From NCBI GenBank assembly GCA_028534125.1, contig CM052816.1:76510001-76574000 (forward strand): DNA of 64,000 bases. Reading direction: 5' to 3'. The notes below the pieces were generated by a model. That model did no database searches, was not told the DNA's origin, and saw only the letters and a list, made by a program, of their open reading frames with translations. Position numbers and translations under genes: made by a program. Positions 62,867 to 64,000 of the stretch are shown here, piece by piece; within the stretch, counting starts at the first letter, position 1, and each line of letters begins with the position of its first letter. The stretch comes from Lama glama (lineage: Eukaryota).

Positions 62867-63455
62867 AAAGACCCTTCAAAAGTTACAGGAAGAAAATGGA
62901 AGCTACCACGTGGATGTGAGGCAGAGCAATGTGAGCAAGAGAATGCTTAGGAGAAAGAATTGGACAGAATAAGAGAGGAAGAGAAGTTGGCTGGGAAGGA
63001 CAGGGAACTGAGACTTGAAAGGGAGGCAAGGAAGCAACTTGGAAATGAAGTCACGGTTACAAGAGAAGTTCAAGTTCAAGAAACCTTGCAAGGAAAAGCA
63101 AAAGTACAGGAAGAAGGTGCTGTGGAACAGGATCACATAAATGAAGATCTTCAAGAACTTAACGGTGAGTAGGAGAAATTTGCAAGATGCTGAGTTTTCG
63201 CCCACGAGATCAGTGTCCTACCAGCGGCAGGTCTTGGAGGCAAAGGAAGAATTGTTGGAAGCAGAGATGTCAGCAAATGAGATTTGCCAGGACCAGACTG
63301 GAAGCTCTAGATCACCCATCAAGTGTCGTCCAGAAACATGCATCCCAGGCAGAGTTTTCCCTAGTGAGTTTCCAGCACAGTCTCATGAACATCAATACAT
63401 TTCTCTCAGTCTTTCAATATTTTTGACTACAGTGTGCTTGTATGTTCTTTAAAAA
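62867..63455 (+). pseudogene. CFAP53: Processed pseudogene of CFAP53 (CCDC11), 3' part of CDS plus 3'UTR
   Basis: Frames give NA*EKELDRIREEEKLAGKDRELRLEREARKQLGNEVTVTREVQVQETLQGKAKVQEEGAVEQDHINEDLQELNGE*, then VSYQRQVLEAKEELLEAEMSANEICQD, THQVSSRNMHP and FPSEFPA. This matches the human CFAP53 C-terminus as I recall it (AQEKEFDRILEEDKAKKLAEKDKELRLEKEARRQLVDEVMCTRKLQVQEKLQ...EQKHINESLKELNCE...IAYQQQ...AANKMC...THQVLPQNIHP...CPSKLPP). Contiguous, intronless, with stops and frameshifts. Confidence 0.88.
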
Positions 63456-64000
63456 TAGTAAAGTACAGTGGCCTCTTCAATAGCCTCTTCCATTTTATCT
63501 CCATCTTTGCAGACCCATAAGCAGCCTACATATTATTATTAGGAAGGAGATTCCTTAAAACAAGCAGATCTATTTCCAGGGGAGTTATGAGTTGGCAGGC
63601 AGGAAAAAAAAATGCTTTACTACCTCAGGAAGCTGGTGACCACCGGCCACCCAGCTGTGATCCCAGGATTGATGCACAGGGAAAGAAGCCACCAGATTCC
63701 TGGGCTTGTCTCAGATCTTCAGGCAAAGAAAGTTAGCACCAGAGGGGAACAGTTTGTCTCAGTGACGCAGGCCTCTTCTGGACAACTGTGAACTGTGGCA
63801 GCCCCTCCTGGGGTCACTGAGGTGACAGGCCTGAGCCGCTGGCTGACCTCCTCAAGCACCTGCAGTATCACTGGATTTTGTCCCAGACTCCTCTGGATGT
63901 GCTGGTCTCTTCCCAGTACTAGGGGTTCTCAGCCCCCCTCCCCACCCCCGGCCCCATCCCAGGGCCTTACAAGAAGATCACTTGGCTGCCCACAACCAAC

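Noticed and set aside
62960..63172. 70-aa Glu/Lys-rich coiled-coil ORF as a functional gene
   Set aside because: It is a stop-bounded fragment of the CFAP53 pseudogene beginning at a non-ATG codon (TTG).

Overview
Mammalian, AT-rich, apparently intergenic DNA, almost certainly from a camelid: it carries a Vic-1-type tRNA-Ala-derived SINE at 50445-50536 and young camelid-type L1 3' ends. I find no intact protein-coding gene, and the listed ORFs are repeat-derived, pseudogene-derived or chance. The window is dominated by interspersed repeats (L1 of several ages, L2, L3/CR1, MIR, MaLR/ERV LTRs, hAT DNA-transposon relics). It holds two processed pseudogenes. (1) An ACCSL retrocopy on the minus strand (CDS-derived part 22516-23758) has an internal deletion of roughly 300 codons, several stops and a MER41-like solo LTR inserted into it. 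(2) A 3' CFAP53 (CCDC11) retrocopy lies on the plus strand at about 62867-63455. A 500-N assembly gap is flanked by an exact 199-bp duplication, probably an artefact. Candidate regulatory spots are an NF-kB motif cluster (~9.7-9.9 kb) and a strong CTCF motif (~60.5 kb). I do not see convincing evidence of a new biological system; the most interesting structure is the ACCSL retrocopy/LTR composite. Repeat family names and protein comparisons come from my recall of consensus sequences, not from a database search, and boundaries of old repeats are approximate.
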